Below are positions 38,230 to 50,910 of a stretch of 64,000 bases of DNA, piece after piece (within the stretch, counting starts at the first letter, position 1; the number at the start of each line of letters is the position of its first letter). The DNA is from Epiperipatus broadwayi (Eukaryota > Animalia > Onychophora): positions 22,010,001-22,074,000 of the forward strand of contig JAQFVV010000003.1 in assembly GCA_028023455.1 (NCBI GenBank), read 5' to 3'. The position numbers and the translations under genes are program-made. Under the pieces are notes generated by a model, which worked only from the letters and a program-made list of their open reading frames with translations, was not told the DNA's origin and did not search any database.

Positions 38230-39130
38230 TGAATCTAGTTGGATTTTTATTCTTTCAGTTTCTGAAACATCTGGCTTTATTCCCTCACAGACATTGACTG
38301 GTTATCAATGATACTTGTTGCACACAAAAAACTTTGCCAGTGCAAAAGACACTTAACTCTACAATCCCAAGTTTTTATAGTCTTCAGTTTAATTGTTCTT
38401 TTATCCATAATTTTCCATTACTTAAAATTCCTTTGTGAAAGCATTTACTTAATTTCACTTTCCGGATCTATTATTTCTATTAAGATTTTATCTTTACTAA
38501 TCAGTTCAACATTTGGATTTCCATTCTTTTCATTAAGTCTATTGAAACCTTTTAATTATATAACAAATCATTTTCATTCCTAAAAGTTTTCATTATCATT
38601 AATTAATACTTTTAACTTAAACTTTAGAAGTATTCTTATCGATCTTTTTTATCTATAATATTTCTTGCATTTATACAATACCTATAAACCAAAAATGGAA
38701 TTTCACTTCTAACTATTCTCTAGATTTTAGATAAAGATGATAAATTCAGACATTAATATTTTATAAGTGGGAAAGTTTTTAGAAGTAAACAACTTTGTCA
38801 ATAATTCCACAAATGAAGCTAGGGGCGAAGTTGCATTTTTGTTTCAGGATGAACTGAATTCAGTTTTCTTTTCCAATTTTTAATTGGTTACTTGTTTACA
38901 TTTAAATCTCAGTAAATTTTCAATATTTATATCTATAAAGTTCATGAAAACTTTTTATTATACATATCTTTTTATAACAGAGTATTGTTTATTTCTTACA
39001 ATATTAAAAAAGTCAGTTTATTTTAAAAACTTTCACATTTATGAAGCATTAATGTTTGAAAGACCTTATTTATAAATAGTTAGAAATGGAGCTCCACTTT
39101 TAACTCATGAATATCCGCCAAATAAAATAT
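38230..39130 (+). mobile_element. Decayed LINE APE-endonuclease fragment
   Basis: Degenerate ILSVSET (~38250), RGEVAF (~38820) and YPPN (~39110) segments. Confidence 0.3.
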
Positions 39131-39175
39131 TGTTACAGGATGACATGATTTCTGTTTTTCAATCTAATATTTAAT

Positions 39176-39380
39176 ATGGAAAATAACTATACGCAAGAAT
39201 GTCTATGAGATACATTTAAAAATCTGAATAAAGTTTGCAATTTTTGTCTAGTGCACTTTTGGCATGAGACAAAAGTGCACTAGGCAAAAATTGTGAATTA
39301 TATTCAGATTTTAAGTGTATATGTTTTTGTATATAGTTATTTTCCATATTACATTGCCTCGAGATATTCCGTAACCAAAA
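39176..39380. mobile_element. 205-bp hairpin insertion with 33-nt tail and 20-bp TSD
   Basis: Perfect TSD ttttcaatctaatatttaat (39156-39175, 39381-39400); arms 39176-39260 / 39272-39347. Confidence 0.85.
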
Positions 39381-39825
39381 TTTTCAATCTAATATTTAAT
39401 TGATTGTCATGATAAATTCTAATTAAAAAATATATTATAAAATCTTATTAAACTTTTAATATGTACATACAAGATTACTATAATAAATTTAAATGATTTC
39501 TCAGAAGTATGGGCAAAATTGCATTCTATACTTTTAAGACTCATCTGGATTGCTTCTGGCAGTGAGTATACTAACTACTATTTCATAAAATCTCTACACA
39601 TATATGTAATGGTAGATAATTATAAAGCAAATTATATGTAAAAGTAAACACACTGCATTTCAATCACTGTCAATATCAACAACTGAACTGCCTTCTAACT
39701 ACTGTAATTCAATCTATTTTTACAGTTAAAAAAAATTATTGCTTTTTATTGGTGTCAAAAATTTTGTGATGGAAAGCTTTCTTGAATCATAGCACTTAGA
39801 AGAGCAAATATTAAGCCAGTTGATA

Positions 39826-40325
39826 TATATATAGAGAGCTCACAAATAAGCTCTTAACAAGAATATCCCCAACCTCAGACCAGTTTCTGCTACTGGCTTC
39901 CTCAGTGAGGTGCTAAGATATTCAAACATTAGATTAAAAATACCAGGACAAGCCCAGCACTTTATCTAATGGATAACTATTAAGTAGAAAATCTGAAATT
40001 TTCAGACATCCATATGCCTTCCAATCAGCTTTCTAACTTAAATAGCCATATGGGACTGAACCAAATTCAGATACACCATATATTAATAACTTTAGCAATA
40101 TAAAATCACCAAAACCTTAATAGCAAAAAATAAAATTACAAATAAATCAAGTCATATGCCACATGACCTAATTTAACAAGCTTGTATTACAAATCTTAAA
40201 TATAGAGCTCACAAATAAGCTCTTAACAAGCTTTGCCGAGTATTCCCAACCTCAGACCTATATATAACAATTGTAATACAAGCTTGTTAAATTAGGTCAT
40301 GTAACATGACTTGATTTCTTTATAA
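39826..40325 (-). mobile_element. PLE 3' end (ORF C-terminus + pLTR) plus an adjacent fold-back fragment of the same family
   Basis: pLTR start duplicated at 39828 and 40200; inverted repeat ~40145-40192 / ~40271-40320; hammerhead at 39872-39911. Confidence 0.7.
39872..39911 (-). ncRNA. Minimal type-I hammerhead ribozyme
   Basis: CCTCA-CTGAGGA-AGCCAGTAGCA-GAAA-CTGGTC-TGAGG: perfect 5-bp stem I, intact core, GUC site; stem II only ~2 bp. Confidence 0.7.
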
Positions 40326-42059
40326 TATATATATATTGAAACAGTAAGTTCTGCTTTGCAAATCTTCGTTTCACCTTTTCTCACCTATTTCCTACCCTCA
40401 TACCTTAGTTTGAACCCCAAGCTATCGTAGTGTGTCTGCAATACGCTTATATACCGAAAATCCCGCCTAATTTTAAACCACGAGTACAATGCTCATATTA
40501 TATATATATATCTCATTTCCAAATAAATAAAAGATTATAGATTATGTATATGTTCACATAATTTTGATTTATTAAAAAGTAGGTTATATAAGTCGTAATT
40601 GCGCACACACTATGATATGCATTTTAAAACATATCAAAATTATAAATTGTTATAGTTATTTTGTTTGAATCTATTTACAAATATATTACCGTTGTAATAT
40701 ATTTTGATTTAAAATAAAATTCATTTAGTAAATAGATTCAAATATTGCAATTTGAAAAGTAAAATCATTTTCTTTAATTTAATAAAAGTTATTCCAAATA
40801 TTTCTGTTAAAAAAAATGAGGGACAATAGTTTAATTATTTCATGTTGTAATTAGTTAATGTTATATAAGTTTATCTAAAAACAGCAGATGTCCACTTAAG
40901 GTTTTCTTTAATTAATAAAAGTAATTTTTAATTAAATCTAGTTTGTAATTCGAATGTCGACAGGGAAAGTAACAAAAGAAATTAATTAATGTTGAATTCC
41001 TTTAGACATTCGGATGATTTAATTACAGCTGATAAGTCCGATATATTTTTGTAATGCTCCAGGGCAGTTCTATTGTTAAATTCTACTATAAAAAGGAGGT
41101 TTTTCTTTTGTTCTCCATTCTTCTAATGTTTCTAAGAGAAATCATTCTGAGTTCTATTCTAATAATTTGCTAACCTTGACATGACAGAGTAGAGGCGTCA
41201 AGATGGCTATGTCCCCTCGGAATAGCCAGCCGCTGCTCCAGACCATCGGAAGCTATCACATAAGGAACCCCGGAACTGCTGCTGCTGCTGCAAAAATATG
41301 AACATTTCCAGATTTTGCTGTTAAATTATATAAAAACCTGCCGACCATCAATCTACCTAAAATGCTTCTCCAGAGGTAACCCTAAATTAACCCAAGAGCT
41401 CTTGTGATAACTAACATGCTATAGCTATTTAAAAATGTTTTTCTTATATTTCACATAACTTCGTTATGTATTTCTTTAACGTGTTTAAATATACTCAACA
41501 TTTTGCTCTCTATCCTTGGGTTAATATTTTCTATTTATTAAGCTTTCTGTTATTTTATTATGATAATGTGTCAGAATCGTCTTTGACCAAGTGAATTATT
41601 CCTTTTGTTGAAACTAAGACGCCGCTATAAAGACATATTTTAAATTTCTAAATAATTTCCAATTTTTATTATCTTGCAAATCACTTGTTCGAGGGCGATT
41701 CTTTTCTTTAATATATAATATAATCACATAGTTTAAAATCTACATGTTATTGATTTTAATCTACTATGAGAGTATGTGCAAGTCAATGATTTAAATGTGT
41801 CTCCAAATGCATGATTGCGTATATAAATCTATACTTACTTTTCAAACCCGCAAGCATGCATTTTCTTATTTTAATTACCGTGTTCTACTTTAATTACAAA
41901 GTTCATCATTGACGTCGAGAATGTGCGGACCCTTTTAAATGAATTTTTGGGAATTTGATTGGGCATTTCTCTTAATCCAAGTAAAACCCATTTAGATGTT
42001 TTATATATACTAGTCTCGTATTGCTGGTACATGAATTGGTTGTTGAGACCGCTTTGTTT

Positions 42060-42700
42060 TACTTTTCCAAGGATTCTTTACACGGCTAAGTCCATTCTCT
42101 TCGTTTGCGGTTTCCAGGCAGAGTGTGTCCCCAAGTGACACACCTGGGAATTAAACGCAATCGTCACCCAGTCGCTAAGTTTCGGCTGTTCATCAAAATA
42201 CTTTCCTACGGGTTAGCGGCGAGACGCCCTCCGTAATCATTCCGGATATTGTTTTATTTTATATTTATTTTACAAAGCATCCGTGACTTAAACATGTCAC
42301 ACCCTCCAACTTTAATAAATTCATTATCAGCAATACTGACTTCCCAATGCAACTCTATTATTATTATTCTCAAATAAATGCTTTGATTACATTCCCACTT
42401 TGTTGCTTAGTAAGCTTTTGTCCGTGCTATTCTCGAAATCAATAAATATTTTAGAACACTTAATTTTCAAATATTTTCTTAGACTTGTATAATTATTCAA
42501 AGCACCTCGCATATGTTCCTATCTCATCAAGCACATTATCGTAATGCTATTAACCCGAGGAATAGAATATATCACCTTGCTTTAAAACCTTTTTGTCATT
42601 TATTGAAATATAATGCCAACAATTATTTAATACGCGTCCCTGTCTCATATAAGCAGACAGTGGCGTTATATATATGATTTATATGAATAAATTTTGTGAA
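42060..42700 (-). mobile_element. PLE 3' remnant (GIY-YIG + pLTR with eroded hammerhead)
   Basis: Minus strand VIYSIP...R*EHMR and IDFEN motifs, then TTGATGA-ACAGCC-GAAAC at ~42175-42200 and a hairpin tcccaggtg/cacttggga. Confidence 0.45.
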
Positions 42701-43699
42701 ATTATTTAAAATTAAATTTGATATCTTATTTTATTGATTCCTATCACTGTCTCGGTCTCTATATATATATTTTCTGCATTTCTTTTGTAAATCCATAGAC
42801 GTTAATTAGCCACCCAAGCTTCTTTTAGTATAGTCTTTTGTTTCTCCCTGACCACCAGGCACCGGTCAAAGGTTATACTAGTAGTGGCATCAGATGCGTT
42901 ATCACGTAGATGGCGCTGTAAAATTTGGACTTTAGATTCGAACTTAGTATATCTAGAAGGCAACCCCTCCTAGAATGTTCAGTTTCGTGTCTGGGGTTTG
43001 AATTCTGCAGTGTGTTAGCGAGATAGACGATTCTGACTGTTACAATATATCAATTATATATATACATATCAGTATATATTTTTGTTGTTTTTGAAAACTG
43101 AATTATAAAAAATTTATAATTTAACATTAAGTATACTATCATCCAATGAGTTATTTAAAAACTGTTTTAGCTTTTCATATACAAACTACGCATTTTTTTT
43201 TTTTTTATTATATATTAAAAACAACTTATCCTCAAAAAAAAACCCTATCAAAACAAGAATGCAGAATGCTAAAAAACCCAATATATATATTTTTATGCAA
43301 TATAATGGTAAAAAAATTCAAATGACTCATTTAAATAACTTTTTGTGAGCCAAAAAACTATCTAATATTTCTCTGCAGAGGAACAGATGGTGAAATTTTA
43401 TATTTTTCTTACAGATTTTATTTTATTTAAGAATAGCTAGATACCTATTTACTGACCAATAACTAGATAGCTATTTAAGCTGGTTATTAATTGGTTATTG
43501 AAAAAAAATTCTAAGCTTATTTGGGAATCTTCAAATGTCCAAAAACCTTTCCATATCTCAGTCTAGATTTAGGTCGCAGGTAAATGGAATTAACAGACAG
43601 AATATTAAACCTCATTTCAGGGAACCTTTACACTTGAGTGTGTATACATATAAAAATGAACATAAAATATCAATTTACATAGATAATTATATATATATG

Positions 43700-44760
43700 T
43701 CATAATATTTCTGAAATAATGAATATTATAAGAAGGCACAAGAAAAAAAAATGTTTGGGTAAATACATAAAAAAAAAAAGAGCACATTAAGATGAATAAT
43801 ATGAGAATCTTAAGAACAATGAATCATGCAGGGATATATTTAAAGGAAAAGAAGATATTTATGTAGCAGTTTCAGAATATTATCATGGTAATACATAAAG
43901 TGACAGACATTAGCAGCAGAATAATAATGCAAAAGCAAATGACAATTAGAAGTAAAAAATACATCAACTATATTCTGAAATGATATATAACAAATGAAAT
44001 AATGGATAAAGAAAGGTCATTTCAGATCTAATATTCAATAAAGATCTAATAATATTTTATATGCAATAAAAATCAGTGAGGAGAAAAATAAGTTTTGCTC
44101 TAAAAAAAAAACCAGCAAGACTGTAGGAAGTCATTTTACTAATGAAAAGAATATAATTATGGAAAAGGCCCAGTATAAAATACATATGAATGATTTTTAA
44201 AATAGTGCTTGGAAAAATTAAATTATTCTTAAATTAAATACTTTTTAAATTAATAAAAAAGCTATAATGATTTTTCAATCGAACAAATTAGAATAAGAGT
44301 GTGATTGAATTATAAAAAAATTTGAATAAAAATTAGTATAGCAGCAACATTATAAAAAAAGAAGTTAATCTTGAATATGGTAGCATTTATAAAATAGGGA
44401 TGCTTAAAACTCCAATCACTTAAATTGAATAATTGGGGAAAGTATGAATTAGATATCCATTTCATAAACTAAAAAGGGTATGGGTCATCCATATAACAAC
44501 AGCATATTAAAGAGTAATTTGCAGGCTCAATCAAAAACTTTGATGATGTCCAGATTTTGTAATTGATGAGTTCTATAAATGAAATCTGTAGATCAAAAAA
44601 AAAAAACCATCAAACAAGAATGTTGTTTCAGGAGCCAACTTGTTTACTATTTAAAACGATCCAATTATTCCAAGCTCTGGAAGAAGTTGGAGATCTTTTT
44701 TTTTTTTTTTGTTTCATACTTTTAAAACAAATTATAGAGGCTATAAGATAATAATTAGCA
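43700..44760 (+). mobile_element. Decayed LINE (APE region)
   Basis: KEDIYVAVSE-like segment at ~43850; otherwise heavily degraded. Confidence 0.25.
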
Positions 44761-47372
44761 GGAAAAAAAATGATTATACTTTTTGAAAATGTGCACAAAT
44801 CTCCAATAAAAAAAAATAGTTGTTTGAATACTGAGAGGTTATTCTATCTTATTTGAGAACCCAAGTGGAAGGATATAATCTCATGCTATAAAGAAAATTT
44901 CAATGGCAGCAGACTTTCCGGTTTACAGTGCAATACCAAGTTAATATTATTACCAACATGTATTTTAATGACTCCAGTATAACAACTTTGAAATTTTTGA
45001 TAGTACTGATGTAAAACCATTATCCAACAAAGATAAAAATGTTCCTTCTCTTTCTGGATGTAACATTAGAGCATAAGCTCTGAAAAAATGGGCACTGGTA
45101 TATAGTTCAATCAATCTGATTAAACTGAAAGAGTTTTTATCTTCCTTTGCTGAGTATTGATCCAGAAACTTTTTCTATCACTCTAACAATTGATTAAATT
45201 TTACAAGGTTTATTGATGGCATTGGGGAAAAAATAAAAAATGAAGTGCCATGAGAATAGAAAAGTTAAAATTAAAAGAAATAATAGAATCAGTTTTTAAA
45301 CATTGTTGTCAAAGAAAAGAAGATTGCATCCTTATGTTTTTGTTTTTTAGTTTGTAATATTTCACTTTCCTAGATGGAAATAAATTTCTGAGAACAAAAA
45401 ACTCAATATATATAGAAGTCATATCTATAGACTATTCTAACCTCGTATTGGTTTACGCAGCTGAATTTATTATTCAACACATCAGGAAGTTTAAAATTTT
45501 AGCAACATTATCGCAGTAAAAATAAAAACTGAGGGCCACTGGATAGCTGTATTTATCTTTTTAATAGTATTTATTAACTATAAAAACTAAATAATTAAAA
45601 ACTGGCTGTATAAATGAAGACTATTTTGCCATCTAGAGACCACTGCCTTACAATTGGAGATCTAGATGTGATTACTGTACATTAGGCTATAAATCATAAT
45701 TCTTAGTTTTGATATATCAGTACTCTTGATTGATATTAGAAATAAAGCTCTTGTCAAATTAGTTAGTTGATTACATTAAAAAATAGGTTTTTAATCAGTA
45801 AAGATGGCATCAATGTTTTTATATGGTCATTCATTAGATTAACTTGTTCTCTGAATAAAGACCATTTATCATTCGTATATATTTGTTATAAACTGCAGAT
45901 CAGAAAAATGCCTTATTTACCTGAGAATTTTTCATTTACAAAAAAAGTTACTAGATATACTCCAAATTAAAAATTCAGGTCATGAGAATTACCATTGTGT
46001 TTACTGTTATTATAACAAGAAACCCTCACTGTACTGTTTCTTAGCAACCACATTTGATTTTGAAATAAAAAATAGCAGATAGTGAGACCTGAAATGATCT
46101 AAATGTTTGTAATCAATAACATTTAAAACAGAGCTATCATCTTTTTTAGAACAACTATCAGAAAAAACTCTGTTTTTGTATGCATTTATCTTGAATATCA
46201 AATCCTATTGAATTGTGAAGAAAAAATTCCAATTGTGGATGACTGACATTCATCATATGGAAAATAATGATAGGCACATTAAATTTAGAATGATAATGGA
46301 CTCATAAAGATTAATTTTATATCAGTTTTATGTTCAGAGCATCAATGCGCTTCTGATCAAACATATTAAACTGGGACCTTTACCCTGCAGCTAATATCAG
46401 CTGGATATCCATTTGGAATTCATAATTGAATGGCTAGCTAATTTGGTTATTGGCTGATCATCTATAATAAAATTGTAGGTTTATTTAGAATTTTTCACTC
46501 ATTATGCTATTATTCCATTTTGTTAATTTTAATCTACAAATAAATATTGTTTCACTTATTTTTTTCAATTCTAATCTGTTAATTATCTACATCTTATTTT
46601 TCTTCATTAAATTTAATAATCTTTTTTTTTTTTTTTCTACACGTTTTTAAATAATATCTTAATTCTCCTTCATCATTAGCAAAAAGAAAAACATAATCTT
46701 AAAAAAAAAATGTTGGTACCTTATATGTTTACATTGCATTTAGATTTAAGATATTTTATATTCTACAATTGATCATAATAATTTATTTTTTAATTCCCTT
46801 AAAAATAATATAAACAATATGGATGATAAAGAATAATGAGGCCTATTTTCACTTGGTATTTGATTCACAATCCCTTAGTTGATATATAAAATAAATTATC
46901 TTTTCTAGTTTTTCCAGTAATTTTAAATCTTTTTACTCAAAACCATAAAAGCTCTCTGATTACTGTATCATATGCTTTTTAAATATCTTGAAAGGGTAAT
47001 AATATTATTTCCTATCCAATCTATAATTTATCTCTATAATTTGTGATCAGTTCAAATATATAATCAGCAATACACTTTTATCTTCTCGAAATGTTCCATA
47101 TATTTTTTTTCTAACATTTTGTGTTTGTTCCCCCATACCTTAACTTTATTTGTAATAATAATATGAAAAAACAGACATTTCTACATTATACACTAATGAA
47201 ATAAAACACCACCTAAATAAAATAAATATCATTATTATATTTTTTTCAGTTAATAAATTAATTATTTATTCTCATCTACATATTTATTTGTATTTTTAAA
47301 ATGACTTTTTCTTTCTAGAAGCATTTCTTTTTTTTAACTATGCTTTTTTAAGTAAAACTTTATTTATATATG

Positions 47373-47931
47373 CAGGGCCTTTCAGAGAAAATGCAAAGCC
47401 CGGAGCAACTAATATTTTAAAGGCTCTTCAAAAATTAAAATAAGAACATTGGGAGAGAGAGAGAGAGAAGAAACGAGTTTTTACTTACAGGGCTGAAAAC
47501 AAGACTCCGGAAGCAGTTAGTTACGAGATGCAGAAACGAGCAAGCAGATCAGATCCAGATAGCATTTGGATAGGGTAGATTCACTCTAGCACTGTATCAT
47601 AAAACACTATTAACGCAGAACTGACTGACAGGGGTTGAGACTATTAGTTCTGCTGGATGCCAAGCACTGCAGTTGCTTTCATTGCAGAGTCATCAAATTG
47701 GCCCCCCATTCCTAAACTGGCTTACAATTTTGACTCATGGTATGCCTGCTTGGAAAATTTTTTCTCGAATATTTTTTTGAGGAATTTAACTGTAAAATTA
47801 AAGCCGTCCTACAAGCTGTGACATCGCTTTGTCTTATATTTTTGTTTAACATATTGAATTGCCAAGTTGAGGTCCCTAATATTGTGAGGCTGGAGGCAGC
47901 TGCCCCCCGCCCCCCCCTCTGATTGCCCCTG
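47373..47931. mobile_element. hAT-type MITE
   Basis: Termini CAGGGCC / GCCCCTG with GC-rich subterminal motifs; 8-bp TSD tatatatg / tatatata. Confidence 0.6.
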
Positions 47932-48293
47932 TATATATATCTATGTGTAATATAAGTTAATATCTTCAGCAAAAAATTTTATAAAATTATTAAACTTTTA
48001 TTGACATGCAGAACCATGAATTTGAAAGTCTAATTTTCTCATCAATTGTGTTAAGATTCACATCTTTTCCTGAATATTCTATAATAGAAGTTTTTATGGC
48101 ATTGCTTTTAGACAGAATAAATCATAAATGTGTTAAATTTTATGTTATAATTTCATTAAAAAAATTTTATATCATATCAACAGCAGCATTGCCATTATCA
48201 TCATCAATACCAGTATCATCATTATCCCAATATTTTTTAAATGATTGCAAGAAATATAATATTTTACACATATTTAGTTTAGTATAATCTTAC

Positions 48294-48418
48294 CTTTGAA
48301 GTGGACAACGAGCTCCCTGCATAAACCATTATAGAGGTTCTTTGATTTAACACTCACAATAGTAATCATCCACTCATCAGCTTTGAGAGCCTGGCGTGCA
48401 TACTTTAAAAAACTCTTT
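48294..48418 (-). CDS. Internal coding exon of an unidentified host gene (KSFLKYARQALKADEWMITIVSVKSKNLYNGLCRELVVHFK)
   Basis: Poly-T tract + TAG acceptor, AAG|GTAAGA donor, only one of three frames open, GC higher than the flanks. Confidence 0.6.
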
Positions 48419-48574
48419 CTATATAAAAAAAAAAAAAAATTGAATGTCAAAAATAACTAAAATAGAAAAGCATAAAATTAAATAAACGTCAACTGCTTTT
48501 AAAATACAGGTGCAATACTGCTGTTTTGAATCAAAATTTTCTAATTTAAGAAAATGTCAACAATACATTCTTAC

Positions 48575-48614
48575 ATTATCATCACCATTACCATGAATCA
48601 TGCATGTTGGAAAT
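48575..48614 (-). CDS. Candidate small upstream exon (FPTCMIHGNGDDN)
   Basis: Acceptor tttag and donor GTAAGA; joins the next exon in frame only if the alternative AG 4 nt downstream is used. Confidence 0.3.
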
Positions 48615-48699
48615 CTAAATATTAATAATTTTAATATATATGTTGCCTATGCACATATATATATTGAAATAGTATATTCCTTTGGAATATATTTCATTG

Positions 48700-49620
48700 C
48701 TGTCTAAAGTAGAAATTTTATTAATTTAAAAGTATAAGGTCGTGTAATATTTTAAAATATTAAGTTGGTATTATTATTGATATTTAAAAGCATAATATAC
48801 TTTTGTATAAATAAAAAAAAAACCTATTAAATGGTAATTTAAAAAGAAATTCAATTGTTTAATTTAAAATAATAATTTTAAAAAATTGACAATTAGTTTT
48901 AAATTGGAAAGTAGCCAAGAATGATTTATCAAAAAAACTGTTTTGATCACGTAAAGAATGTCTGCAGAATTTTGAAAAGGAAAACATTGGATTTAAACCT
49001 CTCATATTGAACTAATAGATAAATAGATTTTATCCCAAGAATTTGGGAATCAAGATTCAAATGGATAATCAACTTCTTCCTGTTTTAATTCATCATCAAT
49101 AGGATTGCCTTATAATCATCAATTGTTACAAAATCATGAATTTTTCTACATCTTTCTTTATGTTTATCTTCTATATTTTAAATGAAGCGTCATTATAGTA
49201 AAAGAGATCGTCTGCTAGATAACATTAATAGTAAATAAGTTAAAACTACAAAACAATTTATCAATCTTGATTAAATATTTTTTTTTATTCATAATAAATT
49301 GTTTTTCACATAAATATCATGCTGATATTAATTATTTTAAATTGTCAATTCTTAAATATTGGAAAGATCATTATGTCTGTAATTATCAAAACTATATGCA
49401 AGTAATATTTTCAAAATGTTTTAAATATAATGTTCAAAAATAATACATGCGTAATAAATGATGATTTATTTCATTTTATAGACATCACATATTACATACT
49501 TATGAAATATATAATGTGCGTTATTTAATTATATTTATAATTTTAAATAATGATAGTTTAAGTGGTATTGAATATTTATTATATATGTATGAGATTTAAA
49601 TATATATATATTTTATATAA
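48700..49620. repeat. Partial dispersed copy of the 55928-58849 fold-back family
   Basis: 49230-49600 matches 57697-58010 directly; 48930-49230 matches the reverse complement of ~57085-57420. Confidence 0.75.
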
Positions 49621-49621
49621 T

Positions 49622-49830
49622 GAATTTGCAAATAGCTCTTAACAAGTTTTTCAGAATATCCTCAACCTCAGACGAGTTTCTATTACTGGCTTCTTCAGTG
49701 ACGTGCTAGGATATTCAAACATTAGATTTAAAATACCAGGCTATTTGCAAGCTTATATAATATTTACAATACAAGCTTGTTAAATTAGGTCATGTGATAT
49801 AGAAATTGATTTCCTTGTAATATATATATA
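49622..49830 (-). mobile_element. PLE pLTR fragment with hammerhead (49664-49703), family of 39826-40325
   Basis: Minus strand CGTCA-CTGAAGA-AGCCAGTAATA-GAAA-CTCGTC-TGAGG; shared flanking sequence with 39840-39950 and 40271-40325. Confidence 0.7.
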
Positions 49831-50609
49831 TATTGTAACCTCTGCTCTCATCACCTATCTCACTTTATGTACAACTAAATGTCCCGGTGCCAATTCTATA
49901 CAAGATAGAATAAATTTATAATTGAAATTGCATTTCTACTTATTGATAAGACTCTTATGCTGCTACTACTCTATGGCTTAGTTCAGTTGGGGGTTATAGG
50001 GTATGGTGGTCATATAGGATGCTAATGGGGATGATAGAAGCATTCATAAATAACAATTATATAATGTTGGTTTAACTATATTATAAGCATCTATTAATTA
50101 ATAAGGGCTATTTGTGAAATTGATCATCATTACAATATATAAAGTACAGACAATGATGAGGATTGGGTACCTTTTGCCCACATTACCATCTATTCTAAGC
50201 AAGGGTAAAAGCATATGTTGGCACTGCAATGTTAAGATCTGTTAAATCTGTACTGTTTAAGTAAGTGGCACATACTGGCAAATTAATAAATTCTATAGTT
50301 ATATTATGTTGAACATATGTGTGTGTGGAAATGGTCAATCGAACGTATCTGATAAAACAGTTCAGAGGGGATTTTATTTCAACAAAATATTTATTACAAG
50401 AAAACACTATTTTACAACACATCGATGATGATTTTAACATTACCTTTACATTAGACACAGACTTGATTAAATAACATTAAATTATACAATTTTGTACACT
50501 TAATATTTGAAGACACTTCCTCCCATTGATTATCTTATTTACATTTATCACTCTATTTGCTCATTTACCAACAATAAACAATAAAAGAAAATTATACATT
50601 TACAATCCA

Positions 50610-50707
50610 ATGTTAATATATCTATTATCACTTGTGCTCTTAATAAGCCAAACAAACAGTACCAAAATATCAACTGATACTATAAAATTATTTCTGGATA
50701 TCTTTAG
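50610..50707 (+). CDS. Candidate signal-peptide exon (MLIYLLSLVLLISQTNSTKISTDTIKLFLDIF)
   Basis: Hydrophobic N-terminus followed by small residues; donor AG|GTTAAT; no downstream exon confirmed. Confidence 0.25.
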
Positions 50708-50910
50708 GTTAATATTTGCTATATAAATACAAGTGACAGTTTTATTATTTTTCTATTAGATAAAGTAAAATTTCCATGTGCCTACAAATGCATATCTATA
50801 ATATGAAACTTAATACTGACTTTATCAAATTAGCTTTAAATAAGATAATTTCTATAATATACTATTGTGCTCATATTGAGAGGATGAATTAATAATGATA
50901 ATAATGAAAT

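Noticed and set aside
29560-43045. Shared GTTCAAACCC / GGGTTTGAA motifs (29640, 32445, 40410, 42990) as DIRS-type inverted termini
   Set aside because: Matches are only ~10 nt and resemble Pol III B-box or tRNA T-loop sequence; no tyrosine recombinase seen
44800-46480. Coding-like minus-strand stretch as a large exon or stop-codon reassignment
   Set aside because: Stops of all three types occur in every frame; the RTE ORFs are consistent with the standard code
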